From: an alpha proteobacterium MED-G09
GTDB taxonomy: Bacteria; Pseudomonadota; Alphaproteobacteria; MED-G09
Length of the DNA: 64,000 bases
NCBI GenBank assembly: GCA_905182015.1
Contig: CAJIZT010000008.1
Coordinates: 57,801-121,800 of the forward strand
Reading direction: 5' to 3'
The translations under genes and the position numbers were made by a program. Of this stretch, positions 1 to 10,127 are shown in pieces; positions within the stretch are counted from its first letter, which is position 1; each line of letters opens with the position of its first letter. The notes beneath the pieces are model-generated. The model was not told the DNA's origin, did no database searches, and saw only the letters and a list, made by a program, of their open reading frames with translations.

Positions 1-512
1 ATAGATTCAAAAGGATTATCTTCACCTTTTTTACTTTTTGAGTTTTTATCATTAGTCGCGGAAAATTGACCCTTAGTAAGGCCATACGTACCATTATTAT
101 CAACAACGTAGAGCATATTTAAACGTCGTCGAATAATATGACAAAATTGTCCTAATCCAATTGAGGCAGTATCTCCATCACCTGAAACACCTAAGTAAAC
201 TAAATCCCTATTAGCCAAATTAGCCCCAGTAGCAACGGAGGGCATTCGGCCATGTACTGAATTAAATCCATGAGATTTGTTCAAAAAGTAAGTGGGAGTT
301 TTTGAAGAACACCCAATACCTGATAACTTAGCTAATTTATGAGCAGGAATTGATAAATTATAACAAGCTTCAATAATTGCCGAAGAAACAGAATCATGGC
401 CACACCCAGCGCATAAGGTTGATAGCGCGCCCTCATAATCCCTTCTGTTTAAGCCTAAAGCATTCGTAGGTAACTTTGGGTGATGTACGGAAGGTTTTTT
501 TATAAAGCTCAT
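1..512 (-). CDS. korB: 2-oxoglutarate/2-oxoacid:ferredoxin oxidoreductase beta subunit (TPP-binding). Partial: the C-terminus runs off the window edge.
   Basis: Own translation of the minus strand from the ATG at 512: MSFIKKPSVHHPKLPTNALGLNRRDYEGALSTLCAGCGHDS...VYLGVSGDGDTASIGLGQFCH...YVVDNNGTYGLTKGQ. It has a CxxC motif and a GDGD TPP-binding motif, and sits 8 nt downstream of korA. Confidence 0.8.
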   Translation of the reverse strand, partial: MSFIKKPSVHHPKLPTNALGLNRRDYEGALSTLCAGCGHDSVSSAIIEACYNLSIPAHKLAKLSGIGCSSKTPTYFLNKSHGFNSVHGRMPSVATGANLANRDLVYLGVSGDGDTASIGLGQFCHIIRRRLNMLYVVDNNGTYGLTKGQFSATNDKNSKSKKGEDNPFES

Positions 513-520
513 TTAATTAC

Positions 521-2353
521 TCATGCTGCTGATTGTTTTTTCTTTAATGATTTGAAGACAACTTGATTTTTCTTTAAAAGATTTAAAAATGCCTTCACAA
601 TAAAGTTAGCTGTTACAGGACTCCCGTCAAAATTAAGGATTGAATGTATCTTGGAGCTATCTTTATTGAGTTCATTGATAAGCAACGATCTCATTTGAGC
701 GTCTCTATTTTGTTCCATGACAATTATATGATCATGATCGTCTATAAACGAAGAAATGCCTCTTCCAAAAGGAAATGATCTTATCCTGAGTAAGTCAGTG
801 GCATGCCCTTGTGATTCAAGAATATCATTTGCTTCATCTATTGCCACAGAGGTAGATCCAAAATATATTAACCCAATATTTGTATCTTTTTTTGCTTTCC
901 TTCGAACTGACTTTGGTAAATATTTTACTGACTTTTTAAATTTTTTTGTTATTCGCATCATATTATCAGCATTGATTCTTCCATCTTCAGTGTATCCTGC
1001 GAAAGCATCATGAGATGTTCCCCTTGTGAAGTAGGAGCCTTTTGTTTCATGTGTACCTGGTAAAGTTCTATACGGAATGCCATCGCCATCAACATCTAAA
1101 TACCTACCCCAGTTCATAAGTTCATCGAGGTCTTGTTTTTTTAATACCTTTCCTCTCTCATATGAAGTCTTATCATTCCACTGCAGGGGGTCTATTACCC
1201 AATCATTCATCCCTATATCAAGATCACTCATAACAATAATGGGTGTTTGAAGAATTTCCGCAAGATCAAAAGATTGTGCCGCCATTTCAAAACACTCCTT
1301 TGGATCAGAAGGAAAAAGAAGGATATGTTTTGTGTCTCCATGTGATGCATACGCACATGATAAAATATCTGATTGCTGAGTCCTTGTTGGCATTCCAGTG
1401 GAAGGACCTCCTCGTTGAATATTAAATAAAACTAAAGGTATTTCTGCAAAATAAGCTAATCCTAAAAATTCACTCATTAATGAAATGCCGGGACCAGAAG
1501 TTGCGGTAAATGCACGAGCTCCATTCCAGTTAGCCCCTATTGCCATCCCTACTGCAGCTAATTCATCCTCCGCCTGAATGATTCCTGCGCTAACTTCTCC
1601 ATTATCTTTAACTCTAAAAAGATTTACATATTTTTGAAAGGCCTCAACAAGAGAGGTAGATGGGGTAATCGGATACCAACCAACAACCGTAGCCCCCCCA
1701 TAAACACAACCCAGACCAGCTGCCTCATTACCTTGTATCAGGATTTTCTTTTTAGTTGTCCGAATCTTTTTTAAGCCAACATTCAAATCGCAATCAAGAT
1801 TTTCTAAAGCAAAATCTCGTCCAAGATAAAGCGCCTTTATGTTAGGCGGTATTAATTTAGGTTTCTTTTCAAAATCTTCTTTTATTAAACTTTCAATAAT
1901 CTTTATATCAATTTTTAATAAGGCTGCGAGAGCACCTAAACAAACAATATTTTTAAATAGCTGTCTTTGTCTCGGGTCATCATAGTTTTCAGCACAAATA
2001 CTTGCCATTGGAATCCCAATATAATTTATATCCTTACGAGAAAAATTTCTAGGCATTGTGTTATCGTAAACTAGGTATCCGCCAGGTAATATTTCCTTCA
2101 CATCAGTTTGGTATGTTTGAGGGTTTAAAGTTATAAAACAATCAATCCCCTCTCTTCTGGCCGCATAGCCATGCTTACTTATCCTAACTTCAAACCATGT
2201 AGGAAGCCCTTGAATATTCGAAGGAAAAATATTTTTAGGCGTTACGGGAATTCCCATTCGAAAAATTGACTTAGCAAACATTGCATTTGCACTTGCTGAA
2301 CCCGATCCATTTACATTCGCAAATTTTACAACAAAATCATTAATTTTACTCAT
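521..2353 (-). CDS. korA: 2-oxoglutarate/2-oxoacid:ferredoxin oxidoreductase alpha subunit. The tracked ORF extends to 2455, but the likely start is the ATG at 2353 (MSKINDFVVKF).
   Basis: A 610-644 aa product with an N-terminal KFANVNGSGSASAN segment, a pyruvate-flavodoxin/ferredoxin oxidoreductase-like core (GLGCVYGGATVVGWYPITPST) and a korB gene directly downstream. The ATG at 2351-2353 overlaps the upstream TGA. Confidence 0.8.
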   Translation of the reverse strand: MSKINDFVVKFANVNGSGSASANAMFAKSIFRMGIPVTPKNIFPSNIQGLPTWFEVRISKHGYAARREGIDCFITLNPQTYQTDVKEILPGGYLVYDNTMPRNFSRKDINYIGIPMASICAENYDDPRQRQLFKNIVCLGALAALLKIDIKIIESLIKEDFEKKPKLIPPNIKALYLGRDFALENLDCDLNVGLKKIRTTKKKILIQGNEAAGLGCVYGGATVVGWYPITPSTSLVEAFQKYVNLFRVKDNGEVSAGIIQAEDELAAVGMAIGANWNGARAFTATSGPGISLMSEFLGLAYFAEIPLVLFNIQRGGPSTGMPTRTQQSDILSCAYASHGDTKHILLFPSDPKECFEMAAQSFDLAEILQTPIIVMSDLDIGMNDWVIDPLQWNDKTSYERGKVLKKQDLDELMNWGRYLDVDGDGIPYRTLPGTHETKGSYFTRGTSHDAFAGYTEDGRINADNMMRITKKFKKSVKYLPKSVRRKAKKDTNIGLIYFGSTSVAIDEANDILESQGHATDLLRIRSFPFGRGISSFIDDHDHIIVMEQNRDAQMRSLLINELNKDSSKIHSILNFDGSPVTANFIVKAFLNLLKKNQVVFKSLKKKQSAA

Positions 2354-4140
2354 TTTGAGCAACCATCTTTTGCTTGCGCACCCATATAAAAGAATTTTTG
2401 CATATCCCACGCACCTGTTGGGCATCTTTCTGCACAGAGGCCGCAGTGTAAACAAAGATCTTCATCTTTCACCATCACTCTGGCCGTTGGAAGAATATCG
2501 GAGACATACAGATCTTCGGCAAGATTTAATGCCGGAACTCTTAGGTTTAAACGTAGAGCTTCTTCTTCATCATTTTCAATAAAATTAATACAATCCTCAG
2601 GACATATATCAACGCACGCATCACACTCGATACACCTACTTTCCTCAAAAACAGTCTGAGCATCACAATTAAGACACCTACTAGCCTCTTCAAAAGCCAT
2701 TTTTTCATCATACCCAAGCTCTACCTCAAGCTTCCTGTCTTTAAGACTTGATTTTAAATCCGCGTGAGGAACAGCTAAGCGGTTAACTTCATCATAACCG
2801 TTGTCATAAGACCATTCATGTAATCCCATTTTCGATGATTTCAAGAAGACATGGGGAGCTGGTCTCTCAATTAAATCTAGATTGTTGCAATAAAGATCAA
2901 TTGATATAGCCACCTCATGAGCGTGAGCCACCGCTGTAATAATATTTTCAGGACCCCATGCGGCATCGCCACCGAAGAATACCTTCGGCAGAGTTGATTG
3001 CATAGTTTTTTTATCAACTGTAGGCATATCCCATTCATCAAATTCAATACCAATATCTTTTTCTATCCACTCAAAAGCATTGTCTTGGCCGATAGCCATT
3101 AAAACATCATCACATTCGACCGTTACAAGAGGCTCGCCAGTAGGTATGAGTTTTCTTTTATTATTTTCATCGTATTGCGCAGTAACTTTCTCAAATAACA
3201 TACCCCATAACTTACCTTCTTTTACTAGAAACTTTTTAGGAACATGATTCTCAAAAATAGGAATATTTTCCATTTCCGCTTCTTCGATCTCCCAATCAGA
3301 AGCTTTCATATCGGCCTGAGGTGACCGAACATAAACACCAACACTTTCACCTCCCAGCCTCACTGCTGTTCGGCAGCAATCCATGGCTGTATTTCCACCC
3401 CCAAGAACAATAACTTTTTTTCCAACCTTAGATACATGCTCAAAAGCAACAGATGCAAGGAAATCAATTCCAATATGAATATTCTTAGAAGCCTCTTCTC
3501 TTCCAGGTAGATTTAAATCCTTACCTTTAGGTGCCCCAGTTCCAATAAAAACTGCATCATGATCAAGTTTCAAGAACTCTTTAAAGCTCTTTACTTCATA
3601 ATTATATTCTACATCTAAACCCATATTAATTATTTGATTACACTCTTCATCCAGAACCTCTGCTGGTAATCTAAAGGAAGGAATATTTGTTCTCATCAGT
3701 CCGCCGGGAACATGATCTCTTTCGTACGCAGTGCACTCATACCCCAAAGGAACAAGATCTCTCGCAACGGCCAATGACACGGGCCCAGCACCGAGTAATG
3801 CAATTTTCTTTCCGTTAGTTTTTTTTGGTGCTTTTGGAATTAAATCTGTAATATCATCCTTATAGTCCGCAGCGACTCTTTTTAATCGACAGATAGCAAC
3901 CGGCTCATCCTCTACGCGGACTCTCCTACAAGCTGGTTCACAAGGCCGGTCACAGGTCCTTCCCAAAATTCCCGGAAAAACATTAGACTCCCAATTAATC
4001 ATATACGCGTCAGTATATTTGCCATCCGCAATTAAACGAATGTACTCCGGGACTGGTGTATGAGCAGGACAGGCCCACTGGCAGTCAACAACTTTGTGAA
4101 AGTATTCTGGATCAGATATATCTGTTGGTCTCATAGGCAT
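2350..4140 (-). CDS. GltD/NfnB/PreT-like NAD(P)H-dependent FAD oxidoreductase fused to a C-terminal 2x[4Fe-4S] ferredoxin domain.
   Basis: N-terminal Cys cluster (CDRPCEPAC), two dinucleotide-binding motifs (KIALLGAGPVSLAVARDL; KKVIVLGGGNTAMDCC), and C-terminal CLNCDAQ...CIECDACVDICP plus CLHCGLCAERCP. Its stop codon overlaps the korA start (ATGA). Confidence 0.75.
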   Translation of the reverse strand: MPMRPTDISDPEYFHKVVDCQWACPAHTPVPEYIRLIADGKYTDAYMINWESNVFPGILGRTCDRPCEPACRRVRVEDEPVAICRLKRVAADYKDDITDLIPKAPKKTNGKKIALLGAGPVSLAVARDLVPLGYECTAYERDHVPGGLMRTNIPSFRLPAEVLDEECNQIINMGLDVEYNYEVKSFKEFLKLDHDAVFIGTGAPKGKDLNLPGREEASKNIHIGIDFLASVAFEHVSKVGKKVIVLGGGNTAMDCCRTAVRLGGESVGVYVRSPQADMKASDWEIEEAEMENIPIFENHVPKKFLVKEGKLWGMLFEKVTAQYDENNKRKLIPTGEPLVTVECDDVLMAIGQDNAFEWIEKDIGIEFDEWDMPTVDKKTMQSTLPKVFFGGDAAWGPENIITAVAHAHEVAISIDLYCNNLDLIERPAPHVFLKSSKMGLHEWSYDNGYDEVNRLAVPHADLKSSLKDRKLEVELGYDEKMAFEEASRCLNCDAQTVFEESRCIECDACVDICPEDCINFIENDEEEALRLNLRVPALNLAEDLYVSDILPTARVMVKDEDLCLHCGLCAERCPTGAWDMQKFFYMGAQAKDGCSK

Positions 4141-4286
4141 ATCAGACTAGATTCCCCCCTGCTCTGATACTCTGTAATATGAAATCAAAATTCGAATCAG
4201 TTTTCATTTAAACAATATCCAATAGTTAAGATTCACTTATTAACAAGTCAACTGAATAACAAAAAATTAGGGAAAAAAATGTCTAT

Positions 4287-4667
4287 TTAACCTAATACTC
4301 TAGATGTTTCGGCCTCATAGGCTTTCATATCAAAATAATCCCGCCAATTTGATATTAATCCATCCTGAAACTCCATCACTCCCATAACAAGAATATCCAT
4401 CCACTGACCATTTACCTCAAACCGATCAGTTCTTTCAGTTAAGACAATTCCATCAGAATTTTCAGCGATATTATGAACTATCCATTCAATATTGGATGTC
4501 ATTTGAACGAAAGGCTCTAAATAAGCTCGAATTTGTTCATGGCCTTTTTGTGGATCCATCGGTATATTATGATAGAAACAATTTTCAGAAAGTGCGCCCA
4601 TTATTCCATCAATATCACGATTATTCCAACATTCAATAAATTGTAAAGCTCTAGTTGTATTGTTCAT
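4287..4667 (-). CDS. NTF2-like superfamily protein (SnoaL / limonene-1,2-epoxide hydrolase-like), 126 aa.
   Basis: Its size and composition fit a small alpha+beta cone-fold protein. It is the last gene of a minus-strand run: ggt, acyl-CoA synthetase, then this gene. Confidence 0.5.
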   Translation of the reverse strand: MNNTTRALQFIECWNNRDIDGIMGALSENCFYHNIPMDPQKGHEQIRAYLEPFVQMTSNIEWIVHNIAENSDGIVLTERTDRFEVNGQWMDILVMGVMEFQDGLISNWRDYFDMKAYEAETSRVLG

Positions 4668-4684
4668 ATTTTCCTCTTTTTTTG

Positions 4685-6202
4685 TTAAGTTAATAAAATT
4701 TCTTCAAATTTGATACGTAAATCTTTCTTTTGTACCTTACCCATTGCATTAACAGGAAGGAATTCAACCCATATAAAAGATTTAGGAATTTTATATTTAG
4801 CCAAGAATCCATGAAGTGAAGCATTTATATCTTTTTCATCAACAAGATTATTATCATTGTCCGCAACAAGAATAGCAATTGGACATTCTCCAAAATCTAT
4901 ATGCTTAACTCCGATTACAGCACTTTCTTTAATTCCATCGATTGCATTCAACAATATTTCAATTTCTTTTGGATAAATATTAAATCCGCCTGAAATAATC
5001 ATATCGCCGGATCGCCCAGATAAACTTAATCTTCCGTCTTTGTCAATCTGACCAATATCACCTGTTATAAAAAAACCATCCTCAGTGAACTCTTGTTTAG
5101 TTTTCTCTTTCATCTTCCAATAACCCTTAAAAACATTCGGGCCCCTAACCTGAACAATACCCTTCTCATTCGTCGGCAATACCTTGCAGTCCTTTACTAT
5201 TCTTATCTCAATGTTAGGCAAAGAAAATCCTACCGTTCCCTCCACCCTATCTCCATGCAAAGGATTTGATGTAATCATCCCAGTTTCAGTCATTCCATAA
5301 CGCTCCAGTATCGAGTGTTTGGTTATATTTTTAAATTCGTTAAATGTTTTTTCCGTCAAGGGGGCCGATCCAGAAATAAAGAGTCGTATCCTCTTAAATA
5401 TCTTTTCAGTAAAACTCTTTTCATCAATTAATCGATTATAAAATGTTGGAACTCCCATCATTACACTAGATTTTTTGAGATTATAAATGACTTCAGGAAT
5501 AATAAATTTTTCTAAAAATATCACCTCTGATGCACTCAGGAAAGCAGTATGTAGGGCTACAAACAACCCATGAACATGAAATATTGGCAAAGCGTGCAAT
5601 AAAGTATCATGACTAGAAAAACTCCAAGCCTCCTTTAGGGCACGAGCATTAGATGATAAATTGCCATGTGTAATCATTGCCCCTTTTGACCTGCCTGTGG
5701 TTCCAGAGGTAAATAAAATGGCAGCTGTATCGTTGTCAGAGCAAGACTCAAAAATATGATACGGATTAAGCGATAGGATTTCTTTTATAAAAGAATCTTC
5801 ATTATTTACTCCCATTGCCCTGAGATTAGGAACACCTAACATTTTACAAACCTGATTAACCTCCTCGTAATTTTCTAAGGAGCAAACAAAAAGTTTTGGT
5901 TCTATATTATTAATAAAATATTCAACTTCTTTCATGGTATAAGATGTATTTAATGGCGTATATATCAAACCCATCCTTAGGCACCCTAAGTAGAGTCCAA
6001 CAGCAAAGACGGATTTATCATTTTGACAGATTATTCTATCACCTTTCTTCAGACCTAATCCATTCAGGTATGAGGCAAACAGAGCGGACAGATGATCAAT
6101 TTCTTTGTAGGACCATTTCTTTTGGCCTGGAATATTAATGCAAACTTTATCGGTGTCCTGATTAAAACCATCAAATAAAATTTTGTATAAATTCTTACTC
6201 AT
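4685..6202 (-). CDS. AMP-dependent synthetase/ligase (acyl-CoA synthetase, MatB-like size).
   Basis: AMP-binding signature LFTSGTTGRSKGAMITHGNL, with YGMTETG and GDIGQIDKDGRLSLSGR motifs, and the C-terminal invariant K (GKVQKK). Confidence 0.8.
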   Translation of the reverse strand: MSKNLYKILFDGFNQDTDKVCINIPGQKKWSYKEIDHLSALFASYLNGLGLKKGDRIICQNDKSVFAVGLYLGCLRMGLIYTPLNTSYTMKEVEYFINNIEPKLFVCSLENYEEVNQVCKMLGVPNLRAMGVNNEDSFIKEILSLNPYHIFESCSDNDTAAILFTSGTTGRSKGAMITHGNLSSNARALKEAWSFSSHDTLLHALPIFHVHGLFVALHTAFLSASEVIFLEKFIIPEVIYNLKKSSVMMGVPTFYNRLIDEKSFTEKIFKRIRLFISGSAPLTEKTFNEFKNITKHSILERYGMTETGMITSNPLHGDRVEGTVGFSLPNIEIRIVKDCKVLPTNEKGIVQVRGPNVFKGYWKMKEKTKQEFTEDGFFITGDIGQIDKDGRLSLSGRSGDMIISGGFNIYPKEIEILLNAIDGIKESAVIGVKHIDFGECPIAILVADNDNNLVDEKDINASLHGFLAKYKIPKSFIWVEFLPVNAMGKVQKKDLRIKFEEILLT

Positions 6203-6219
6203 GAACTAATTCCTCTTAA

Positions 6220-7914
6220 TTACTCAACATTCAACACTAAACCCTCACGCCTAGGGTCTGCTCCGCCGACGTATCCGGTAGGTTTTTTTAATGCAATATG
6301 TAGCCCGCTTCTTTTGGGCATCACCCTCACCCTATGCCCCATAGCTTCTAAATCAGACTGCAAGTCTTCCAAAATTGTATTTTCTTCTAATTCAGTCACC
6401 TTGCCCTTATTCATGTAATGGGGTAATTTTACTATATCCTTTGGATCTAGATTCCAATCAATAAGCCCTAGGACTGATTTAGTAACATAGTTTATTATAC
6501 TTGTTCCGCCTGGTGATCCTGTTAAAGCAAACAAATTACTGTCTTTAAAAATAATTGTCGGAGTCATGGATGACATGGGTCTTTTATTACCCTCAACCCT
6601 ATTTGCGATCTTTTTTCCATTTACCTCAGGTATCATTGAAAAATCTGTTAATTCATTATTTAATATAAAACCTCCTGCCATTAAATGACTGCCAAACGGC
6701 CCCTCTACCGTTGAAGTCATGGAAACCGCATTACCCTCATTGTCTACTATAACAAAGTGGCTAGTCGAGGGTTTAGAGATATCTATATTTTTTTCAAAAT
6801 CTAATGCACCTTTTGGTCGACCATGGGTAACTTCTTTTACAAGTTCTTTTTGGTTAATCAAAGACCTTCTTTGATCAATGTATTCGTCACTTAATAATCC
6901 ATCTACAGGTACTTTTACAAAATCTGGATCAGCCATATAATAACCTCGATCAGCATAGGCTAGGCGACTAGCCTCAGAAAAAAGATGCACCATTTCTTTA
7001 GATTCTGGTTTTAGTGACTTAATATCAAAATCTTCTAATATTTTTAGCATTATTAGCATTGTCAATCCCCCTGAGGATGGGGGTGGCATACTACAGATAT
7101 TATAAGACCTATACATTTGACAAAGAGGCTCGCGCCAAATAATTTCGTAATTTTTTAAATCACTCAAAGTCATTAATGCCTTACTATCAAATTCTTTTAA
7201 GGCATTTATTATTAAGTCAGCAGTTTCTCCTTCATAAAAATCTATTGCGCCCAGTGATGCTATTCTTCTGAGAGTTTTAGCGTATTCTTGATTTCTAAAA
7301 ATATGCCCTACAGGCAAAGGTTCTTTTTTTTCTCCAACACCTTCTTGATAATAAAGAGAGGCAGCAGGCTCAATTGTTTTTAAATAACTTAAATAACTCA
7401 ATGTTCGATTAAGATCTGGTGAAACAGCGAACCCATCTTCAGATAATGTAATGGCGTAATCAAATAGCTTAGCCCACTCCAATCTACCAAATTTTTTATG
7501 AGATTCTTCCAGCAACCTTATAACCCCGGGAACCCCAACTGAATTTACTCCAATCACAGCATCCGGATAAAAAGGTTTTTTATTCCCACTTTTATCCAAA
7601 AAAAGATCGTCTTTTGCTCTTGAAGGTGCAGTTTCTCTTCCGTCGAGAGAAAATAACTTTGATTGTCTTGCATCCCAATAGAGCATAAATGCTCCGCCAC
7701 CAATCCCTGTTGCCTGAGGTTCTGTAAGTGTTAAAACTAATTGTACTGCAATAGCTGCATCAATAGCATTACCACCTCTTTTTAATATTTCAGAAGCAGC
7801 TTTTGAGGCGTGTGAATTTGATGTAGCGATTATCCCCTTTCCTGGTTTTAAATCGCTTGCATTACAAGCTGTTATAAAAAAAATAGAAAACACAGAAAGA
7901 ATAAAAAGTCTCAT
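6220..7914 (-). CDS. ggt: gamma-glutamyltranspeptidase, likely a lipoprotein.
   Basis: N-terminal signal peptide with lipobox (FFITAC), and a TSHFVIVDNEGNAVSMTSTVEGPFGS segment around the catalytic Thr. The product is 564 aa. Confidence 0.85.
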   Translation of the reverse strand: MRLFILSVFSIFFITACNASDLKPGKGIIATSNSHASKAASEILKRGGNAIDAAIAVQLVLTLTEPQATGIGGGAFMLYWDARQSKLFSLDGRETAPSRAKDDLFLDKSGNKKPFYPDAVIGVNSVGVPGVIRLLEESHKKFGRLEWAKLFDYAITLSEDGFAVSPDLNRTLSYLSYLKTIEPAASLYYQEGVGEKKEPLPVGHIFRNQEYAKTLRRIASLGAIDFYEGETADLIINALKEFDSKALMTLSDLKNYEIIWREPLCQMYRSYNICSMPPPSSGGLTMLIMLKILEDFDIKSLKPESKEMVHLFSEASRLAYADRGYYMADPDFVKVPVDGLLSDEYIDQRRSLINQKELVKEVTHGRPKGALDFEKNIDISKPSTSHFVIVDNEGNAVSMTSTVEGPFGSHLMAGGFILNNELTDFSMIPEVNGKKIANRVEGNKRPMSSMTPTIIFKDSNLFALTGSPGGTSIINYVTKSVLGLIDWNLDPKDIVKLPHYMNKGKVTELEENTILEDLQSDLEAMGHRVRVMPKRSGLHIALKKPTGYVGGADPRREGLVLNVE

Positions 7915-7956
7915 AGATACTCCGCGGTTATTAATTTTAGATACTATACAATTCTA

Positions 7957-8985
7957 ATGCCTTTGTTTAGTTTCCTTATAATGATTAATTTAGGAAAAAG
8001 AAATTTAATAACAGATGTTGATGGTATCTTGGTTGGCAATGCACATGATCAAGGTATTGGCACAGGTTGTACTGTTATTACACCAATTGAAGGCACTTTA
8101 GCATCTGCAGATGTTAGGGGAGGGGCGCCCGGAACAAGGGAGGTCGGGGCATTAAATCCTTATAATCTTGTTAATTCAATCGACTCAGTTGTACTGTCCG
8201 GAGGATCAACTTGGGGTCTCGATGCAGCTAGTAGTGTAGCGAATTATATTGGGTCACAGGGAAGGGGATTCAGCGCATCTCCAGAATCCAAGCATGTTCC
8301 TATGGTACCAGGAGCAATTCTATATGACCTATCAAATGGAGGTGATAAAAAGTGGGGGGACAGTTCACCATACTACGATCTTGGGATTAAAGCGGCATCC
8401 AGTATATCCGATAACATAATATTAGGAAATGCAGGAGCGGGATATGGTGCTAAAGCCGGATCTCTTAAAGGAGGGCTCGGAAGCGCCTCCTTTGTATGTA
8501 GTGACGGAATACAAGTAGGTGGTTTATTTGCGGTTAATAGTTATGGCTCCACACTTAATAATGAGACAGGACAATTTTGGGCTTCAACAGACGAAAATAA
8601 AAATGAATTTGGCGGACGAGGCGTGCCTAACTATGCTCCGATGAATATACTGGCCGGAACAAAGGCTGGTAAACCACTTCCTGGACAAAATACAACAATA
8701 GGGGTTATAGCAACTAATGCAAAATTAGATGCAAAAGCAGCTAAGAGAATAGCTATAATGGCTCATTCGGGTATGTCGCGAGCTATTAGGCCTATTCATT
8801 CCCCAGTTGACGGTGATGTAATTTTTGTACTAAGCACTGGTACATTAAAAAAAGAAATAAAGCTCAACGATATAAATATTATAGGAGAGTTAGGGGCAAG
8901 AGTATGCTCAAGATCAATAGCCAGAGGTGTTTTCGAGGCTGAAAGTATCTTAGGAATGAAGTCTTGGAAAGAAGTATATGAATAA
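7957..8985 (+). CDS. DmpA/ArgJ-fold (S58, P1-family) aminopeptidase. An alternative start is the ATG at 7981.
   Basis: RNLITDVDGILVGNAHD...GTGCTVI...GGSTWGLDAAS...TIGVIATNAKL pattern, typical of DmpA-type Ntn-hydrolases. It is divergent from ggt with only about 42 bp between them. Confidence 0.7.
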   Translation: MPLFSFLIMINLGKRNLITDVDGILVGNAHDQGIGTGCTVITPIEGTLASADVRGGAPGTREVGALNPYNLVNSIDSVVLSGGSTWGLDAASSVANYIGSQGRGFSASPESKHVPMVPGAILYDLSNGGDKKWGDSSPYYDLGIKAASSISDNIILGNAGAGYGAKAGSLKGGLGSASFVCSDGIQVGGLFAVNSYGSTLNNETGQFWASTDENKNEFGGRGVPNYAPMNILAGTKAGKPLPGQNTTIGVIATNAKLDAKAAKRIAIMAHSGMSRAIRPIHSPVDGDVIFVLSTGTLKKEIKLNDINIIGELGARVCSRSIARGVFEAESILGMKSWKEVYE

Positions 8986-9023
8986 TTTTCTCTTAGTAGT
9001 TTTTAGTTTATACTATTTATAAT

Positions 9024-9100
9024 GCGCCGGTAGCTCAGCTGGATAGAGTACTTGACTACGAATCAAGGGGTCAGGGGTTCGAATCCCTTCCGGCGCACCA
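9024..9100 (+). tRNA. tRNA-Arg (anticodon ACG), 77 nt with an encoded CCA.
   Basis: GCGCCGGTAGCTCAGCTGGATAGAGTACTTGACTACGAATCAAGGGGTCAGGGGTTCGAATCCCTTCCGGCGCACCA. The acceptor stem pairs GCGCCGG with CCGGCGC; the anticodon loop is CTACGAA; the T-loop is GGTTCGAATCC. Confidence 0.9.
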
Positions 9101-9128
9101 CCGTTTACTAAACTAATAATGGAAATAT

Positions 9129-10049
9129 ATGGATTATTTACTTTTATTCTTACTAATAATAATTCTGGCCGTTGCATCAATTATTCTAATTAATATTAGA
9201 AAAGATGATAAATCCGATTCAGACACAAAAGGTATTTTTCAGAAATACGACAAAACACAACAAAGTCAAAGTGAATCCTTAACTCGTCAGGAACAGGCTC
9301 TTTCAAACCTTAGGATAACTATTCAAGATTTTCAGGAACCTCTTCAAAAATTACGAAATTACCTTTCGGGAGGGACAAGAGCGGGGCAATTTGGTGAATG
9401 GTCGCTTCAGGCGATCATGCAAGATATTTTTTCAGAAAATCGTTACAAAGAAAATGCAGAAATTATAGAGGGATCAGGCCAGAGAGTTGAGTATGCTTTA
9501 ATTCTTCCCGATGGCTTATTGCAGCCAATTGATGCAAAATTTCCATCTGGTTTATTTGATAATTACCTTAATGCCTCGGCATCGGGGAACAGAGATAACG
9601 TCAACACGTCAAAAAAAGAAATTGCAAGGCACATTAGAAATGACGCTCAAGACATTCATAAAAAATATACCTTGGTAGGTAAGACGTCTGATCTTGGCAT
9701 AATGTATATTCCTAGTGAAAATCTTCTTCAGCTTATCGATTCAATGAATCTTCGTGAAGAACTATTTAGAGACCACAGAGTGCTGATTTTAGGACCAAAC
9801 TCTCTTGCGGCATACCTAATAAGCGTCTCAATGAACTTCCGGGTCGAATCTTTTAATGATAGCGCTTCTGAAATAATGAATGAATTTGGAAAATTAAAAA
9901 AGGAATTTGAAAAATTTAGTAATTCTACCAATGATTTAAGAAAAAAAGCAGAAGAAGTTTCAAATAAAATTGACGAATACAGCACCAGAGAAAGGCAAAT
10001 GGCAAAAGTTATTGGGAATATGGATAATCTCAATACTAAGAAAAAGTAA
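9129..10049 (+). CDS. rmuC: DNA recombination protein RmuC (compact form).
   Basis: N-terminal transmembrane segment, then GEWSLQAIMQDIF...LPDGLLQPIDAKFP...ILGPNSLAAYL, matching the RmuC domain pattern. Confidence 0.7.
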   Translation: MDYLLLFLLIIILAVASIILINIRKDDKSDSDTKGIFQKYDKTQQSQSESLTRQEQALSNLRITIQDFQEPLQKLRNYLSGGTRAGQFGEWSLQAIMQDIFSENRYKENAEIIEGSGQRVEYALILPDGLLQPIDAKFPSGLFDNYLNASASGNRDNVNTSKKEIARHIRNDAQDIHKKYTLVGKTSDLGIMYIPSENLLQLIDSMNLREELFRDHRVLILGPNSLAAYLISVSMNFRVESFNDSASEIMNEFGKLKKEFEKFSNSTNDLRKKAEEVSNKIDEYSTRERQMAKVIGNMDNLNTKKK

Positions 10050-10067
10050 TATTATTTAATGATGAAT

Positions 10068-10096
10068 TTGACTTAATAATCCTTAGGTTCTATAAA
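10068..10096 (+). promoter_or_regulatory. Putative sigma70-type promoter for rpmH-rnpA-yidC.
   Basis: TTGACT, a 17-nt spacer, then TATAAA, ending about 30 nt upstream of the rpmH ATG. Pattern match only. Confidence 0.3.
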
Positions 10097-10127
10097 CCCC
10101 AAGAGTATCAATAATAAAGGTAGTAAG

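Noticed and set aside
756-1013. Small ORFs on the opposite strand inside large genes. Examples are 756..1013, 1243..1425, 2355..2582, 5944..6138, 13241..13834, 61837..62091 and 62247..62459 (the poly-Pro ORF).
   Set aside because: They lie fully inside well-supported genes on the other strand. They have low-complexity or mirror-image composition, such as poly-Pro opposite the Gly-rich Obg N-terminus. I judge them spurious.
9024-9100. tRNA-Arg as a possible genomic-island integration site for the downstream accessory genes.
   Set aside because: There is no integrase, no direct repeat of the tRNA 3' end, and the flanking genes (DmpA-like peptidase, rmuC, rpmH, rnpA, yidC) are core and syntenic.
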